Source: Azolla caroliniana (taxonomy: Eukaryota; Plantae; Polypodiophyta). Taken from it: a DNA stretch of 64,000 bases. Made by a program: the position numbers and the translations under genes. The notes under the pieces are model-generated. The model was given only the letters and a program-made list of their open reading frames with translations, was not told where the DNA came from and ran no database searches. Location: NCBI GenBank assembly GCA_043228905.1, contig JBHGNT010000022.1, forward strand, positions 8,928,001 to 8,992,000, written 5' to 3'. Positions 61,431 through 64,000 of the stretch are shown piece by piece (the stretch's first letter is position 1; the number at the start of each line of letters is the position of its first letter).

Positions 61431-62479
61431 TTTGCCTCCCCCCCAACCAGTCTCCTTCTGTATATTTTCACAGCTTTTTAGGGTTTTGAAGCCTGTTTAC
61501 CATCAGAAAAGGATTTTGAATGTACCGTCAAGGAAAAGAGAGGGAGTGGTTTAGGGTTTTAAACAGGCTGTTGTTGTAGCTCAGCTGCTAAGGCTTGTCC
61601 CATGGAGATCTGATGGTAATGTGTTCAAAACCATACAGGCTTTGGTGGCATCCAGTAAAGCAGTAACGCATACATATATAGTGAGATTTGAACCGGGCCA
61701 CATGGGGCTACCCAAAACCTGGCTTATCACTGGCGAGAAGGTTTAGAGTTTAGACTACAGAGGTCACATTGAGAGGAATCCCTCCATATTCCATCAAAAT
61801 GCCTGTTTCAATTCTCACTTCTATGGCATTGGTGTGATGGCTAACCTCACCCCGCTCCCACGCATTTGTACAAAAATGTGGTCTGGGCATAAAAAATCCA
61901 TCACCCATAACGTTCCCGGTATCAAGGATTTACACGGTGACAGTATTATTCGAATATATTCTTGGTCTTCCACTTATTGAGTGAGTGTTATGGCTGTCTA
62001 GCATGGACTGTGTAAAATTGATTATTTATGCTCTATCTATGGTCTTGTCCTCCTCGAGCTGGACGCGTGAGAACATTTCCAGCCTATCAAGAAACAGTTC
62101 GAAGTAAGAAAGTCAGATTTGTGTGGAGTGGGGTCTACCATGGTTTATCTTCTATTTCCTGCAGTCCTCTAGGCTGGGACTGTTGAGGAATAGTCTCAAC
62201 TCTCTGAATGTACACGAGTTACATTCATTTTAGAGCATAATATGGAGTTACACACACACTCTCTCTCTCCCGCTATGTCGGAAGTAAAACTTATCATGTA
62301 TTTTCTCTGTCTCATTTCAAGATTGTTCAAAATACTTCCCTTCCATACCATGACTCTTTATAAAATGCTTTGAACTGTCCATATGGAAAAATGCATAGCC
62401 CTGGTTTCAACTGTCCATATGGATAAATACATAGCCCTACTTTGAACTGTCCATATGACTCCTTTATGTGGTACCATGG

Positions 62480-62860
62480 TTTTTCATGTTCTTGACTGCA
62501 TAATACTACTTAGGGATACCTGCTTCCAATCTGTGTTGAGGCTTTTTTCCAAGTGTGGCTACTTGGAATATTGATTCCCAAGTATTTAAATTTGTCTACT
62601 ACCTCAAGAGCATGGCTATGTTTATGGAGTGTGCTGTTTATTGGGTTTATTAGGGCCAATAATGATCATATTGGTTTTGCCTGCATTTGTGGTCAGTCCA
62701 CAATACTCAGAGAAACTGTTTATAACATCGAGTAGTTTGTTATGTTTGTGATGTGGTAAGTCAATTATACAACATCATCTGCATAAATCAATAATAAGAT
62801 TGTAAAAAAATCCAATTGTTTGTTTTTGCATGTATTCTCCTCATGCCCCATTTTGATATT
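62480..62860 (-). mobile_element. LINE RT fragment
   Basis: LLLIYADDVV and FKYLGI on the minus strand. Confidence 0.7.
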
Positions 62861-64000
62861 GTTTTACACCCATGTTACTCATGAATTCCTTGAAGGAATC
62901 TCTTGCTGGTTTTTAGCCTACATCTCACAGTCCCGTGGAGTTGGGCTATCATCGCTCTCATGTGGAGTGGTCTCCTAGACATTCTATTCTAGTTCATAGT
63001 CGCTTGGTAAGCTGCGACAACATTTTAAAATCTACAAAGCAACAATATAGTGTTTGGCCTTTTAAAATATCTCTTAGTGGGGAAATTTCTTGACTGCGTA
63101 ATTTCATTTGGCTTGTTCCAGATGCCAAGGAAGTTCATTATATATAAGATTCTGGCTGCATCAGAGGATACATGATACCATTTCTCTGGACATAGCATGA
63201 TCCTCAATTGTTTTTAGTGGACATTGATGTTGTACATCATTCTATGAGAGCTTCCGTGGGGTGATTCATTCACATTTACGAAAGTGAACTTTGTTCCAAG
63301 AATGCAGAGGTTCGAGGCATAATGCAATGAAGAAGAGAGCTCATTGCATTTTTCAAAGATCATTTCTCAATGCGTAAACTTGGAGTGTATGGGTTTATTA
63401 GGTTGGTAAAAACACAGGGGAGTTTGTAGAATACTTGATATGTCGAAAAGGGCCGTAAACTTGGATCCGACCTGCATTCATTTAAAGGAACTGCCAGTGT
63501 AGCCTGCCATCTGGATATACGAAATCTAAGGAATTCCATTCTGTCAAATAATGAAATATGATCCGTGGGAACACCAAAATTACTAAATTGCTTTGCTAAA
63601 AGTGCTGGTCCGAGTGATATACATGGAAAATATTTCTTGGAACTAGATAGACTTGATCCTTTCAAAAGTCTATGTGAAGACACAACTACTGTAACGCAAG
63701 AACCAGAGGTATACAACCCCAACCAAGTTGAATCGTCTCACTGTAAAAGCGAAGCCCATTCTAACCCACAACTGTGTACAGAGGTAAACTGGCCAACCAT
63801 CTCTCCTTTCAGGGAAGGGCAAGATTAATCATACTAAATGGCTCACATGATCTCTGTAATAGTGAGTGTGCAATATGACCACTGGTCTCCAGAGACACAG
63901 TGCTATCTAAAAGGGAAAGGCTTTTGTCAGTTGAGCTCCATAGGAGATTGGATATGCATCTCAGATCGGGTTGTATGTATCCTGTTTGTGTAATAAGGTC

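Noticed and set aside
63360-63828. Protein-coding exons near the window end
   Set aside because: In-frame stops upstream and no recognisable homology; no gene model could be built.

Overview
Repeat-rich eukaryotic DNA from a land plant, probably a vascular plant such as a fern or lycophyte (inferred from the H3 residues and the TE content). The centrepiece (17515-40470) is a very young head-to-tail array of about 4.1 near-identical 5.58-kb copies of an endonuclease-deficient Penelope-like retroelement (PLE; RT related to telomerase). Each unit carries a hammerhead ribozyme, a block of plant-telomere-like heptamers, and an ORF1 whose Pro-Asn tract is encoded by (CCCTAA)n. Its RT ORF appears to be joined to ORF1 by a -1 ribosomal frameshift signal (A AAA AAC plus a stem-loop). 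The array is not at a chromosome end. It lies between two copies of a 3.8-kb host segment (13699-17517 = 40468-44286) that includes most of an intact Ty1/copia element, with 3-bp microhomologies at both junctions. To the left are a decayed L1 LINE with nested twin LTRs and a Tc1/mariner-type MITE, tRNA-derived repeats and other LINE fragments. To the right are a 4-exon VAMP7/VAMP71-type R-SNARE gene, an intronless H3.1-like histone gene with a type III octamer promoter element, and further TE debris.
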